From the NCBI GenBank assembly GCA_047967505.1, contig CM106538.1: a stretch of 64,000 bases of DNA; one strand, written 5' to 3'. Origin of the DNA: Dipteris shenzhenensis (taxonomy: Eukaryota). The position numbers and the translations under genes are program-made. The notes beneath the pieces are model-generated. The model had not been told where the DNA came from. It saw only the letters and a program-made list of their open reading frames with translations, and searched no databases. Positions 1 through 12,172 of the stretch are shown here, in pieces (the stretch's first letter is position 1; every line of letters starts with the position of its first letter).

Positions 1-1039
1 ATCTGGAATGGCATGGTCGACAATCTTTGCTGGGTAATTCTTTGCGAGCTGAAAGCATTTACTGGTTGACAGTTTTTCAGTCTCCACTGGCTTTATAAAA
101 ACCTCGTTGTTCCTCCTTTGTTTCTTTTAAGGGCATCACTTCTGTTGCTAATGTTATTCATGATGATGGCTCTGTGCTACCTTTTCTCTGGCAGCTACAC
201 GGTATGGCTTGGGCTCTCATTATCGTGCTTTGTGGCAACAAATTGCTTATATGCTTTCGCCTTTTGTTCTGATTCCTCCTTTGGAACTTTAGAACAGGTT
301 GGAGGATTGAACTTTGACTTCCCCAGGGTCCTCTTCTCGCCCTTTGAGGCTATCTCAGATTACGATGCCTGTATTGTATAAAATCCTTTTGCCGCAACCT
401 TGGGTTTCAGAAAAAGACAATTCTATTTGGCGAATGCATCGCCCATCCAAGTGGTGGAGAAAGAGATTATAGCAACTTTGGGCCTACAAAGATCCTCTTC
501 AGCAACAGGTTTTCTTCTGTCGAGTGCTTCTTGGCATTTTTCCATCTCGATAGATGTTGGCTCATAGACACATTGCTCCTACTCATTGCCACGGATGTTT
601 GATTTCTCAGGAGACTATGCCTAATTTATTCTGGTTATGTCCATGTTCTTGTGGGGTTCTTGTGAGTTCATTGATCTTCTTCGGCAACGCCTACGAGCAA
701 GATTCCCGACTATTCCTTTTGGGAAGTCTTTCTGGCTCTTTGGTTTTCATCCACCCAGACCGGAGTTTCATCTTTTCTTTGTTTGGGTTCGCTATTGGGC
801 ACTCTGGACTTTATGGACAGACAGGAACTGTAAAGTCTTTGGTGATCCTGTATTTTCCTTGTTTGGCTTTTTTAAGCGTTCTCTGCAGCAATCCTTCTTT
901 GATTGCTTGCAGACACGCTGCATAGATCATGATGTATATCTAGCATACACTGAGATTTTCAGCTGATGTAATTTTGGATGCCTCGTTTGGAGGTCGCTAC
1001 TCTTGTAATATAATCAATCAAAGGTTTTCACTGAAAAAA
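1..1039 (+). mobile_element. 3' end of a decayed L1-like LINE (zf-RVT region, short A tail)
   Basis: Frameshifted reading gives QLWAYKDPLQQQVFFCRVLLG..HCHGCLISQETMPNLFWLCP and RYWALWTLWTDRNCKVF, the CxxC..ET..HLFWxC and W.IW..RN..F motifs of plant LINE ORF2 C-termini. It ends in ctgaaaaaa at about 1031-1039. Confidence 0.75.
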
Positions 1040-1089
1040 GTGTGTGCGCATGGTGCACACACACGTGTGCGCACACACACACGTGCATA

Positions 1090-1265
1090 CATACATATGT
1101 ATGTGTATATGTATAAGCACTCCACTACTGAATTCAATGTTGAATTCTCAGTTTTGGGAGATAGGTTAGATTTACTACATACATATGTATGTGTATATGT
1201 ATAAGCACTCCACTGCTGAATTCAATGTTGAATTCTCAGTTTTGGGAGATAGGTTAGATTTACTA
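1090..1265. repeat. Tandem duplication, 2 x 88 bp, next to a CA/TG microsatellite
   Basis: catacatatgtatgtg...gttagatttacta occurs at 1090-1177 and 1178-1265 with one mismatch. Confidence 0.9.
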
Positions 1266-1279
1266 CTAGTTGGCCCCTA

Positions 1280-1529
1280 TATACCTAGATGAATCCAGGA
1301 ACATTCCCACACTCATCCTCTAAAAATACAACATAGTGCAGTTTCAATCTCACGATAGTCACTCATAAGATTGAAAACCATAAACTCAATCACCCATAGC
1401 AGGAACTATGACATCCCCATTGACGTCATCAACGCCCAACAGTGGGTGTAGACCATAGTATAAAAATATGCTCTATTGAGTTTCTGTCAGCACTCCGAAG
1501 GTGAAGGGCAGACTCAGCCATGACGAAGG
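1280..1529 (-). mobile_element. Short non-coding retroposon (SINE-like or LINE 3' fragment), copy 1
   Basis: Homologous to 8061-8402 and 17553-17845. TSD ctagttggccccta (1266-1279) / ctggttggccccta (1530-1543). Has an internal deletion relative to the other copies. Confidence 0.8.
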
Positions 1530-1700
1530 CTGGTTGGCCCCTACACTAGGGCTGGTCAGCCTGTTTTGAGAGAGGAGGCAGCCTGCCCCACTCTCTCTTA
1601 TACATAGTGGCTGTTTGCCACTCTTCTGAAACCTCCATACAAGGCATGCAGGAGAGGAAAATCACCATCATTTGTATGATTCCATTGCTTTAGTTTTCCA

Positions 1701-1813
1701 GACTGGTCAATGATTGTCGTATGATATCTAGGGTAGCAAAGATTACATTCTATTGTATTTGGGAGACAAGACTGGTCAATGATTGTCATATGATATCTAG
1801 GACAACAAAGATT
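1701..1813. repeat. Short direct repeat (about 44 bp, period 69 bp)
   Basis: gactggtcaatgattgtc(g/a)tatgatatctagg..caaagatt at 1701 and 1770. Confidence 0.8.
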
Positions 1814-2659
1814 TTACAATTACAAGAAAAAGTTTCATTTCTCAACTCCTAACTCTTCTACATTATATATACTATGACACGTCAATTGACTCACAAGGAT
1901 TAAGACTTAACTCTTACGGAGTCACACCTTTGTGTTAGAAAATAGACAGCTGCTTGCTTAAGCCAACTCCCCACAGCAGAAGACTTGTTCTAAGGTTCAC
2001 ATGATGCAAAATAAATCTCTCTCTCCATCTATCGTTGTTTTGGGGTTCATCTGGAACCCTCAAATGTCTTCCAGACAGGACATTCTAAAAGATCTCATTA
2101 CTCAAAAAGCAGAGAAAGACTAATAAACAGATCATAAATGTTTTGCAACAGTGTATCGGATTGACAAGTCACAATACTATGAAAACAATACGTATTGCAG
2201 AAAACAATGCCATTGGAATACAATTTAGACAACTGTAGAACTATAGCATCATGAAGAACGGATCATTGAATATGTAACATAGATATCCAAGGCAATAGTC
2301 ATCATCATTCAATAGAATACTCTCTTACAACAAAATCACATCTCTCTCATCATATATGCTCACACGTCTCTCATATGCCGATATGAAGGGATACACCCGA
2401 AAATTGGTGTCCCTTCCTGTCTGAAAGCAACTAAAATAAGGAAAATAGTATCTTGGATATGTATACCCATATATCCAGTATTACTGGCACACCCGGTGGA
2501 TAGGAATTTGGAACAAATTCTTGGACCTGAACCCACCCTGATGCTTAACTCAGCAAATTATAGTGGTATGCAAGTAAGCTCTCTTCATGAGGCAACATCT
2601 CCTCAATCCAAGACCATGCTGGAAAATAGAGAGACGAGCTTGATGCAATACCAAGATTC

Positions 2660-4755
2660 CACTACTTCCAAACATAGCTGCTTACAAGTTTCCCAGAAGA
2701 ACTGTTGAAACCAATATTTATTCTATAAGCCAGATAAAAAGCAGAATCAGTTGCTGGGGTGTCACTGGGATCAATGGTAGAAGTAATTAGAACATTTTCT
2801 GTATCAACTGGCTGCTCAACTAAAGTAACTAAAGTAGATTTCTCAATTGGAATTTCTATACCATAATGCTCAACTGGAGCAGTGTCTTTCCCTGTCACCT
2901 ATTCTTTTTCCTCCAATTCTTGACAAACTCCCTTAATAATTTCTTTAATACCCGTATCAACAAATTGTTGCGAGTCAAATTTTTCCCCCAGTTCTTCTTT
3001 AACAAGCATCTCCTAAGCTACTTGAACTAATTGGAATTTCCATACCATAATGCTCAACTGGATTAGTGTCTTTCTCTGTCACCTATTCTTTTTCCTTCGA
3101 GTCTTGACAAACTCCCTTAACAATTTTTTTCAGACCCGTAACAGCAAATTGTTGCAAGTCAGACTTTCCCCACTTCCTCTTTAACAAGTATCTCCTGAGC
3201 TACTTGAACTAAGGCACAAGCAGCAACAGTCTGCTCCTCTTGATTAACAATGCTTGGTTCCTCTTGGGTAACAACTTCTGGTTCTTTCGCTGTACAAATT
3301 TTCATGTGGCTTCTGAAGCACAACTTCTGCTTCCCTTTCAGTAACCGTTCTTGGTTCTATCTGAGCCCCAATTTCCGGTGCACTAAGCACTTCTTGCTCC
3401 TTAGAGGTCCTGGGCTCTTCCTCTGTGAAGGCTGATTCTCCCAATTCCAAAACAGATGTAGCAAAATTCCTTGTTTAGATCTTTTCTCTTCATAGAGCTC
3501 CTTTTGCAAGGCTTCCAGTTGTTCTTGTAGTATAGTGATTCTGATAGATTCTTCAATCTTCAAATGATTAGAAAACGGGTGAGCTAATGTTATCATCAAC
3601 TTCTCTTTAACTTGAGTCCACATTTAGTTATGCAACTGTTTTTACAACTCCTCACAACGTATGCCACTCATGAAAATACCTTCCACTGTGTCTTGGACTT
3701 AATCTAGGTCTCCACATCATCGAATGCATTCACCCTTTCTTGCAATAATGTGTTCTATGTCATCAATTGGGCATTCCCTTCCATTAGCTGATTTAACTGC
3801 TCTGCTAAAGTCCCCTTCACCTCTGTCAACCACTGTTGAGCATCTTGGACTATTGTTGTTTTAGTAGTCACCAAACTTTGTAACCTCGTGGTCTTTTCAC
3901 AAATAACTGCATTTTGATGTTGAAGTTGCACCAAGGCCAATTGAGTTTCTTCTGCCTCCACAAATTATTATGCATGTGTTTCTTAAACCTTTCATGTCCT
4001 ACTCTGAAGGCTTTGTGAAGCTGCCTTTCAGTATCTAATTCCTCCATCAAAATCTGTATACTCTGTAATTTTACTTTACGTAGTTGGTGGTAGCTAGACA
4101 AAATGTTAAAAAAAGGAACTAACTAGGAGATAGCTCTCATAAACTTATTTTATCCGTTCACCGGTGTTGGGAATACATTGCCATGCAAGTCCGCAATCCA
4201 GAATGTTCCCAAGTCTTCCTCCAATTGAAGCAACTATTCCTGGAGAAACTAAACTGACTCCTACGGGCTCATCTTCTCAGCCGCAATCCGCAAACTTGAG
4301 GATATGAATTCCATCAGTACTACAGCCTCCAAGCCGTAAACCAACCAAAACGGTGTCATTCCCGTGGTGAAAAGCTGTTCTGTATGCCCACAAAGCTGAA
4401 TCCAGTTTTGTATCCCAATCTTTCCGGTTCTTTGATACGGTTATCTTCAAAATTGCTTCATCGTCTTGTTGCTACTCTCCACCTCTCTATTGCCCTACGG
4501 ATGATACGTCATAGCCACCTTAAGAACTACCATATGCACATTTGTCAATCGCTTCACCGTATAATTCAGGAAGTGAGTTCCTTGATCTGATACCAACTCG
4601 ATCGGACATCCGAACCATGTAATGATATTCCGGTACAAAAATGTCATTGTGTTAACTGCTGTATTATCCCTTAGCGCCTGCACCTCAACCCATTTGGTTG
4701 AATAATCCATGGCCATCACCACATACTTGTTCCCCGTGTACTGTGCTGCCGCCTT
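2660..4755 (-). mobile_element. Fragment of a non-chromovirus (Athila-like) Ty3/Gypsy: integrase core and C-terminus plus a downstream coiled-coil ORF remnant
   Basis: Integrase core GNKYVVMAMDYSTKWVE...FGCPIELVSDQGTHF (4495-4750). C-terminus DLHGNVFPTPVNG near 4155-4195, with no chromodomain. Broken E/Q/K/L-rich ORFs at 2662-4101 on the same strand. Confidence 0.7.
2845..3212. repeat. Tandem duplication, 2 x 184 bp
   Basis: aattggaatttc(t/c)ataccataatgctcaactgga...tacttgaactaa starts at 2845 and at 3029. Confidence 0.85.
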
Positions 4756-5153
4756 ACAACAACAAGAAACAGCAAAACGGCACAGCAGATCCTTGTTCCA
4801 GTCCGTACACAAGTACCCATCCAATGATATACAATGATATACAACTGGCCATGAACATATGGTCTAGGAGAGCACGTGAATCCATCCATAAGTCCAGGCA
4901 TAACCAACTAGAGTGACTAGTACACTCATCATAAGGGTCTCATGGCAGAAATATTGTTAGCCAACAGCACCTCAGGTGAACATAAAGTATCACCAAGCGA
5001 CCCTATGATACCCTGAGAGCTGTCAGTCACGAGGAGATGGAGGCATGACCCCCCTCGTGAGCACCAGGTACTGCTCCAGACCGATGCTCGGCTGAACCTG
5101 TATGTCCCTCGACCGCAGTCGGCATAAGCTGGTTGCATCCAAATAGAGCTGCA

Positions 5154-6047
5154 CTAGCTTGAATCTGCCAATTCACCTTCCTCCAACCACTTCACATCTA
5201 GCGCTGAATAATTCTTAAACTTTACCAAGTAGGGACGCTGAGTGCGACGCCGTACTTTCCTGTCAGAGTGTGCCAAAATCTGCTCAGGAACAAGTACCTC
5301 ATCAAGCTCTTCAACCTCGGGTTGATCCTCATGGAGCTTATCATCTGGCACTTCACCTTGAAAAGGTTTCAACAAACTAACATGACAGGCATTATGGATG
5401 GTCCAGTGATCCGGTAGCTTCAGCCTGTAAGCTACATCATTTATCAATGCCAAAACCTGGAAAACACCATAGTACTGCATCTTCAACTTTGTGTACACTT
5501 TATCCTTGCCTTTCTTCCTCTTTGACCGTGCTTTCTGAAAACGCAGCAGCACCCAATCTCTTTCTTTCAGGAGCATTTCACGGCGGTGCTTATCTTCTGC
5601 CCTTTTGTGCTTGTCCTGGCTTTTCTGGAGGGCTGTTTTGACCTTCTGATAGGCAACATCCAAACTTTCCACAAACCTGTCCGCTTCAAAAATCTTCTCC
5701 TTTGTATGCAAAATGGGTGGAGCCTTGCGTTCCCCTGCCACAATTTCAAAGGGTGCTTTTCCTGTAGAAGAATGCACCGTATTGTTGTATGCAAACTCGA
5801 CAAGTGGCAAAAATTGCTCCCATTTTCATTGTTGATCTGAAACATAGCACTTGAGGAGATCCAAGACAGTGGAATTCGCCTCTTCGGACTGCCCATCTGA
5901 CTCTGGATGAAAAGAGGACGAAAATTTCAGAGACGTACCCATGTTTTCGAAAAGACCTCTCCAGAAAAGACTAGTCATCCTGGGATCTCTGTCACTGACA
6001 ATTGATTGAGGCATCCCATGATGTTTGAACATCCTTCTTCTGAACAA
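5154..6047 (-). pseudogene. Integrase C-half plus chromodomain of family A copy 1
   Basis: [17 protein letters not shown]...[26 protein letters not shown]...YLVKFKNY...KWLEE (chromodomain). Confidence 0.9.
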
Positions 6048-6081
6048 GAAGCATTGAAGAGCAATAAGGAGAGGAGCTTGG

Positions 6082-8874
6082 CTATATCAGCCCTTTTTCC
6101 AGCAGCTCCTTCACCTGGCTCATGATCTCCTCCTGTTGGGCTGCACTACCCTGATACGGAGGCTTGTTGGGTGGTGAGCTACCTGGAATCACATCAATGC
6201 CATGATCCTCCGGCCTTTCGGGTGGCAATTCATGTGGCAAAGCATCTAGAAAATTGCAAAAGAAAATTTGTCCTGTTCTTATCCAACTCTGAAAGGCTGG
6301 GATTTTCCTCACTCAAACAGCCCTCTTTTGCAAAAATCAAGTAAGCTGAAGATGCTTTTTCATTATGTTTGTAATAGCAAAAGCTGATACAACAGGGACT
6401 GACTCTCCCTTATGTTTTACATCAAGAACATGGGTCTTGCCCCGATGTGTAAGTGTCAGGTTCTTGTTTCTGGTGTCAAGCACACCTCCAACTCGGTAAC
6501 ACCAAGGCATCTCCAACAAAACATCTCTCACGCAGTGGCATAATGTAGAACTCTTCCGTGTCCACATAGTTCTGAATGTGCAGCCGCAACTTCCCGATGA
6601 TCGGAGTGACAGGAGTGACCAGCTCAGGATTAGCCATGTTTGCTTCACATTGAGCTCCCATATCTTCTGCACGTATGCCCAACTTTGCTGCGAGCTCAGG
6701 TGAAATGAAATTCGCTCGGGCTCCCGGATCAAAGAAAATAAGAAATGATTGATCTCTGATCTTTCCCCAAGCCCTGCATAACTCCATTTTCTCCAATTCA
6801 TGCGTGACATCAGGCAACAGACCAGCACTCGGCTTTGGCTTTTTTCCACTTGTGTCATCTTTCTTTTCCTCCTTATGCTCATGCTTTTCCTCTACAAAGC
6901 ACTTCCTCTTCCGATGAGGGCATTCATGGGCTCTATGGCCTTTCTGCTTGCAAATGTAACACTTGTGGGCTTCAAACAGCACCTGCTTCTCCTCGGGAGA
7001 CAACCGAGGTCGTGACGAAGAGTGTCCACGCCTTTGGCTTTTGCAACAAAGGCTGATTTTGCTGGTTTTTCGAACCACTTAGCCTTTTTAAAATCTTCCG
7101 TGGCATTGCCTTTGTTTCCCAAGCTGTTTTTAAACCCACTGATCCGTCCTTGCATCAAAGCATATGTTGTATTTGCATTCTCTATAAGTTGGGACAGATT
7201 TGTCACCTGTATTTTTGTGCAATAATCCCTTCTCTCTTTAGGCAAACCACAGCAGTATTTCTCAACCTGCTCAGAGAAGGGAACCTGACAGAAGGAGCTG
7301 ACAGGTAACAAGGCATCCCAAAATTTCTTATTGTATTCATCCAAATTTCTGCAACCCTCTCCATTAAGCTGATGCCACTGAGTCATGATATCCACTTCAT
7401 GATATCCACTTCAAACGTGGTGGTCAGCCATGCCGCTCAAAACAACTGCTTAAACTCAACCCATGTCGCGGGGCTCTTCCCTGCAAAAGTAAATTAGTCC
7501 ACCACTGGAGGGCATTACCCTTCAAGAAAGTGGCGGCTTTTCTGATTTTTGAGCTCTCAGTGAAGTTACCTCCGGTGTACGCAGCATCAAACTGTTGCAA
7601 ATACGTCAAGGCTTTCAACCGGTTCTGCATCCCACTGAAAGTCTCAAACTTGATTGCTGCCCCACCTTCTTTGAAATCCTTTGGTGGCTGCAAGTATGGG
7701 GGCTGCATCATTCCAGGTACATTAGTTCCAGTTCCCATAGTGGAATTACCCATGCCAGGTCCCATACCAAACATCTGCGGGGGTCCCAACGAACCACCCA
7801 ACATACCAGGCATCCCTGTCTGCATTCTGGGCTGCATCCCCATGTTGGCATACATTACATTTGCATTCCCGGGCTGCATCATGCCTCCCATCATAGGCTG
7901 TTGTACCAGCTGCATATTGGGATGGAATGGAGCATTTTGAGGGCCTAACATACCCATTCCTCCCATGTGCTATCCCACCATGGCCTAGAAAACTGATCCA
8001 CTGCCAAAATAACCTGGTTGCATCACAAGCTGAGGGTAGGACTGCTGTCCTTGAAGCACATACCTAGGTGAATCCAGGAACATTCCCAAACTCATCCTCT
8101 AAAAACACAACATAGTGCAATTTCAATCTCACGATAGTCACTCATAAGATTGAAAACCATAAACTCCATCACGCATAGCAAGGACTAGCTTCTATGACAT
8201 CCCCACTGACATCATCAACGCCCAACAGTGGGTGTAGACCATAGTATAAAAGTACAAATCCACACACCCACACATACTTGAGCATCCATTTATACAAAGT
8301 CTCCGTACTGAGTTTCTGTCAGCACTCCGGAGGGTAAGGGCAAACTCAGCCATGACGAAGCCTAGCACTAAAGGAGAAGGCTAATCAAAAAGTAGTCCAA
8401 AAAGGACTACTGTCCTTGAAGCACAGACTGAAAATTATTCCCACGCGAGGGATTTTGCTGGAAATTCGTGGGCTGCTGGGTGTTTCCCATCCCAGATCCA
8501 TGCAAAGGCATCTCTAGTGGCTGTCCACTTAAAGATACATGCCTGTGAGTCTTCTTATGCTTCTTCTAAGCTGTCTTTTGGCTTCCAGGGAAAGCATTAC
8601 TGCCAGGAGAAGCTTGCATAATCTCCATGAAAGTCTGTTGTAGATGTGACAGGGCTCCCATTGCACTTTGCATTCGCAGCTGAAAAAGGGCATTGGGATC
8701 AAGCTGCTCCGCTTCATTTGTATCGTCCTCCAAATCCTCAGTGGCATGCTCAGGAGAAACATGCTATCCCTCATCATTCTGTTCTTCTTCACTCTCACTG
8801 ATGTTGTGCTCCTCCTCAAAGTTGTTTGCTTCCTGCTTGGAAATAGTTAATGATCTTTCTCGGTGTGACATCAT
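6082..8874 (-). pseudogene. gag-protease-(start of RT) of family A copy 1, frameshifted and interrupted by retroposon copy 2
   Basis: KIRKAATFLKGNALQWW (retrotransposon gag domain), zinc knuckle, aspartic protease DPGA, and [29 protein letters not shown]. Confidence 0.85.
8061..8402 (-). mobile_element. Short non-coding retroposon, copy 2 (longest), inserted in gag
   Basis: TSD aggactgctgtccttgaagcaca (8038-8060) / aggactactgtccttgaagcaca (8403-8425). Confidence 0.85.
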
Positions 8875-8952
8875 GGCTGTAATACAGATGCAATAACCAC
8901 TTCTCTCCACCCAAAGCTACCAGGGCCCACCTTCTGTAGAAAGAGAGTGTGG

Positions 8953-8968
8953 CCCAGCAACAGAACCA
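8953..8968 (-). promoter_or_regulatory. Primer-binding site complementary to the tRNA-Glu 3' end
   Basis: TGGTTCTGTTGCTGGG lies 1 nt after the LTR end TTACA. The plant tRNA-Glu 3' end as I recall it (CCCGGCAACGGAACCA) predicts TGGTTCCGTTGCCGGG: 14/16, and both mismatches are CpG C>T. Confidence 0.7.
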
Positions 8969-8969
8969 C

Positions 8970-10485
8970 TGTAACCGGCCTTCAAAACGCCAAAGGGCAG
9001 AAAACCACAACTAACTGTGATTACACCGTCAATTACAGCCACTTAGCATCCATTTAAACACACCAGATCAGATAGCATAAAGGAAAATACAGGTGAGGCT
9101 AGAAAGCCCCTGCAATGATCACACAACGACACCAATTGGCCCCAAACACTTGGCGCCCCTTGCGGTATTTCTTTATTCTTCTTTCGTGAAAAGTAATAGT
9201 AAAATTACAACCAGGGCGCACCCTGAACTGTTCCCATTGGCTATCACTATTCACTGGCCCACACTAGGCACACACTGCATCAAACTGGCACACCGTGCAT
9301 CCCAACTGCTAGAGCGAGGCATAGGCATTCTCTAACCTCATCAACTTGGGTTCACCCTCTGTAACTGGGTGATTGCAACAAACCCAGGAAATCCCCTAGA
9401 GAATTTCAAATAGAGAACTAGAACTAAATCCAACAGAGAAAAAGAAAGAGAAACTGGGCTGGAATTCCGGGATTGCGCACCCACAATACCGGCTGCAACC
9501 AAAAACCCCTCCTCCACACTAGAACACATTCTCGTGGTAGCCAGGTAGCCAGTACCCTGCCCAAGACTTCAAAACAGAAATTCGCAACAGGAAAACCCTA
9601 ATTCGCAGCGACAGATCACTGGCTTCAGCTGCATGCAAGTACAAAACGTCAGCTACAAGGTCTGTATAGGCTGTACGGCCTGTCCGTACAGTCCGGAAGC
9701 TGATCGTACAACAGGAAACAGCAAAACGGTGCAGCAGATCCCTGTTCCAGTCCGTACACAAGTACCTGCAGCACAGTCTGTACGGACTGCCTGTCAGTCC
9801 ATACAGCCTGTAAATCCTGCCGTTCAGTAGCAAATCAGCACTAGAAAGGGGTCCAATGATTCGCAGTTGATGCTCCCTGGCTTGGACTGCGTGCAACAGG
9901 ACTGGAGAGCAAGGAAACAATGAAAAACAGCCGCAAGATAGCAACCAGCAGCCCGGAGGTCGTTTGGCGCAGCAAACAAGAGAGGAAGGAGCTGGCGAAT
10001 TCCAAAACTGATCCCAGAACTGGACGCCAGCTGCCCTACTTGGAGGAAGATGCTAAAATTGGAGCTAGTAGGGTGCATGCCTAACACGTGGCACATTAAT
10101 GCCCCTAACCCCCTGTACCAAGGAAACGTTGGTTTCCTATGGGCAACTTTAAAGGTTCTAACCCCACTAACCAATGACAAGCATTGGTACTGTCTAGGGG
10201 CAACCTTTTGATCCTTTTTAACCCCTCTTCCAACGTGAAACTTGGGAATCTATCTGAGGGCAAACTTCCTAGCTCCGTCACACCCCTCCGCGAGGTCAAA
10301 GTGATGCCATGCCTTGATTCTAACAGTTAGGTCTAGCCAGTGTTTCCAATTAGATGTTAATAGTTAGATGTTAATACTAGGGGCTTTCAGGAACTTACCG
10401 CTCCTCTAGGCCAGTCCCCCATGGCCAAACTGGTTACAAACTTAGTCATAGTTTACTTGCTTACAAAATTCACGTCCCCGTGACA
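8970..10485 (-). repeat. 5' LTR of family A copy 1 (1516 bp)
   Basis: Termini TGTCACGGGGACGTGAA...GAAGGCCGGTTACA are shared with the LTRs at 12173-13575 and 57557-58459. Confidence 0.85.
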
Positions 10486-11725
10486 GCAGTAATTGAGTGG
10501 CATGCAAGGCATGAAGGGAAAGATGTTGGAAAGGTCACCTCCCCATCTGTAAGCCCCCAAATGAGGAGAGCGTGGGGGAGGGAGACCTAGGACAGGATGT
10601 GCCCAACGAGAGATTACCTGGATGTGTGGATCTGGGACAGATCTGGAGCATTCATGGTTGGTGGGGTATCCCAAGGATGAAAGGCTGCATCAGGAGCAGC
10701 TCATGTGCAGGAAGATGGCGGGGACACAGTGTCTTGGATCAGGCCTGGCATGAGGCACTCAGTGGACTGCAGCAAAACCCTATGAAAGGCGCGATGACAT
10801 CAGCAGTGTACGGAATTGTACGGCGCTGGAGAAGAGCCTGGCAGAGGACAGAACGAGCAGGACAAACAGGCGCTGACATGGGGCCTGGTAGAGCAGCAAA
10901 TGGGGCTGCCAGTGGGCAGTGGCATGCCTTATATAGGCTGGGCCCTTGCCTAGATTGGAGGGCCAAAAGCCCTAGAAGTGTGGGCCAAAGGGCCCTAGTT
11001 TTGTGAGCCCTTATAGGGCTGTTTTGGGGCAGACTGGTCGGCCCAAACAGACGCCCATTTAGGGCTGGCTGGTCGGTTTTCTCAGCAGGCCTTAGGGCCT
11101 ATAAAAGGAGAGGCTTGTGGCCTCATTTCATCATCCAACATCCAGCAGCAAAAGCAGGAGCAGACAGGAGCAGCCAGGAGCCACTCCCTTGGGCCTCACA
11201 CTGGGGGTGAGGAGAGTTGAAGGTGAGCTGCAGACTGAGTTCCTAGAGGCTGGACCTTGGCTGTCTTCTAGGGCAGCAAGGTGTTGTGATCATCATACCT
11301 TCTGGAGCAGCCATTCACAAGCAAGTTGGAGCAGTGGAACAGGGACCTATGTGCTGCAGACAAAGCTTCGCAGGGGCTGCCCACCTAGGCTGATTCACTG
11401 GCAGTAAGGTGGAGAAGAACACACTGGACGGAAAGTCTACAGAAGCTCGAGGTGGAGCACGCGAACTCGAGTCTAGAGATAGCCGGCAAATAGGAGAAGG
11501 ACCTTGTGGTTAGATCAGAGGACCACACCATTGGTGGGACTCTGGATCTATCTCTTTTGTATTGTGTCCATAGTTTTGGACGGAAATATATGAGTTTTGG
11601 TGTCTTCTATATCTGGCTGGTTCATTGTCTATTGATGAGTCTGCACATCTATATTATGCACATTAAGTAAAGAAGTTTGTGATTCCACACCCCACACCAC
11701 ACCGTGTGAGCTCCTGGGCATTACT
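10486..11725 (+). repeat. Probable LTR remnant of an unrelated element
   Basis: GC-rich U3-like block, TATA-like cctataaaagg at about 11098, T-rich U5-like tail. No partner LTR or TSD found. Confidence 0.35.
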
Positions 11726-12172
11726 ATAAGTCTTCCGCTGTGCGTACCCTCTGTTGGGTCATTTTTTTTCTAACAGAAGAAGTTGGCGAGGAAACGAGTC
11801 GATGTGAGACGCACGTTGTGGAGGAGAAGAGCGACGGAGTGCAACGTAGGAGCTTGGTGGAGGCGACACATGAGGAGAAGCTCCGACGTAGGTTGAGGAC
11901 TTATGTGGAGGCAATGCATGAGGGGAGGCTCGCATGCAGCATGAGGAGATGTGTGGCAACGCTGTGCCTGTAGGTGGAGGAACGCATGCAGCGAGGTAGT
12001 TTTCGTTAAATTTGGATAAGTTCTAGGTAGTTTGTGTTAGATATGGTAGTGTGATTAGACTCATGTGTGTTTTGTGTTGCAAGTCTGTGAAGCGTGGAAA
12101 GAAAAGGCCATGGAAAGAAAAGGACAGCTACATGCAAGTTTTGGAGATAAGCAAGAGAATAGGCATTGGTGG

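Larger units (their letters stand above)
4757..10485 (-). mobile_element. Chromodomain Ty3/Gypsy LTR retrotransposon (family A, copy 1), internally deleted
   Basis: 5' LTR 8970-10485 (TGTCA...TTACA), PBS 8953-8968, gag from ATG 8874 with CCHC knuckle CYICKQKGHRAHEC, protease FFDPGARANF, and the start of RT. RT and RNase H are deleted at about 6050. Integrase plus chromodomain at 5154-6047. Only about 60 bp of the 3' LTR remain (4757-4817 matches 9710-9767). Confidence 0.9.

Noticed and set aside
1280-1300. CTAG end plus hairpin of the three-copy repeat as a Helitron 3' terminus
   Set aside because: Each copy has a 14-23 bp TSD, which Helitrons do not create.
1090-1813. Short direct repeats as a CRISPR-like array
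   Set aside because: Only two copies each, no unique spacers, no cas genes, eukaryotic context.
2200-2708. Plus-strand ORF 2496-2708 as an antisense accessory gene of the Gypsy fragment
   Set aside because: Short, no recognisable motif, and surrounded by stops; it cannot be supported.
4495-4824. 109-aa ORF as one gene
   Set aside because: It is a chimera of family-A LTR sequence joined by deletion to another element's integrase.
8859-8870. TGTCACACC as the LTR boundary
   Set aside because: It lies in the first gag codons (ATG ATG TCA CAC). The true boundary is 8970, by homology with the TSD-bounded copies and the PBS.
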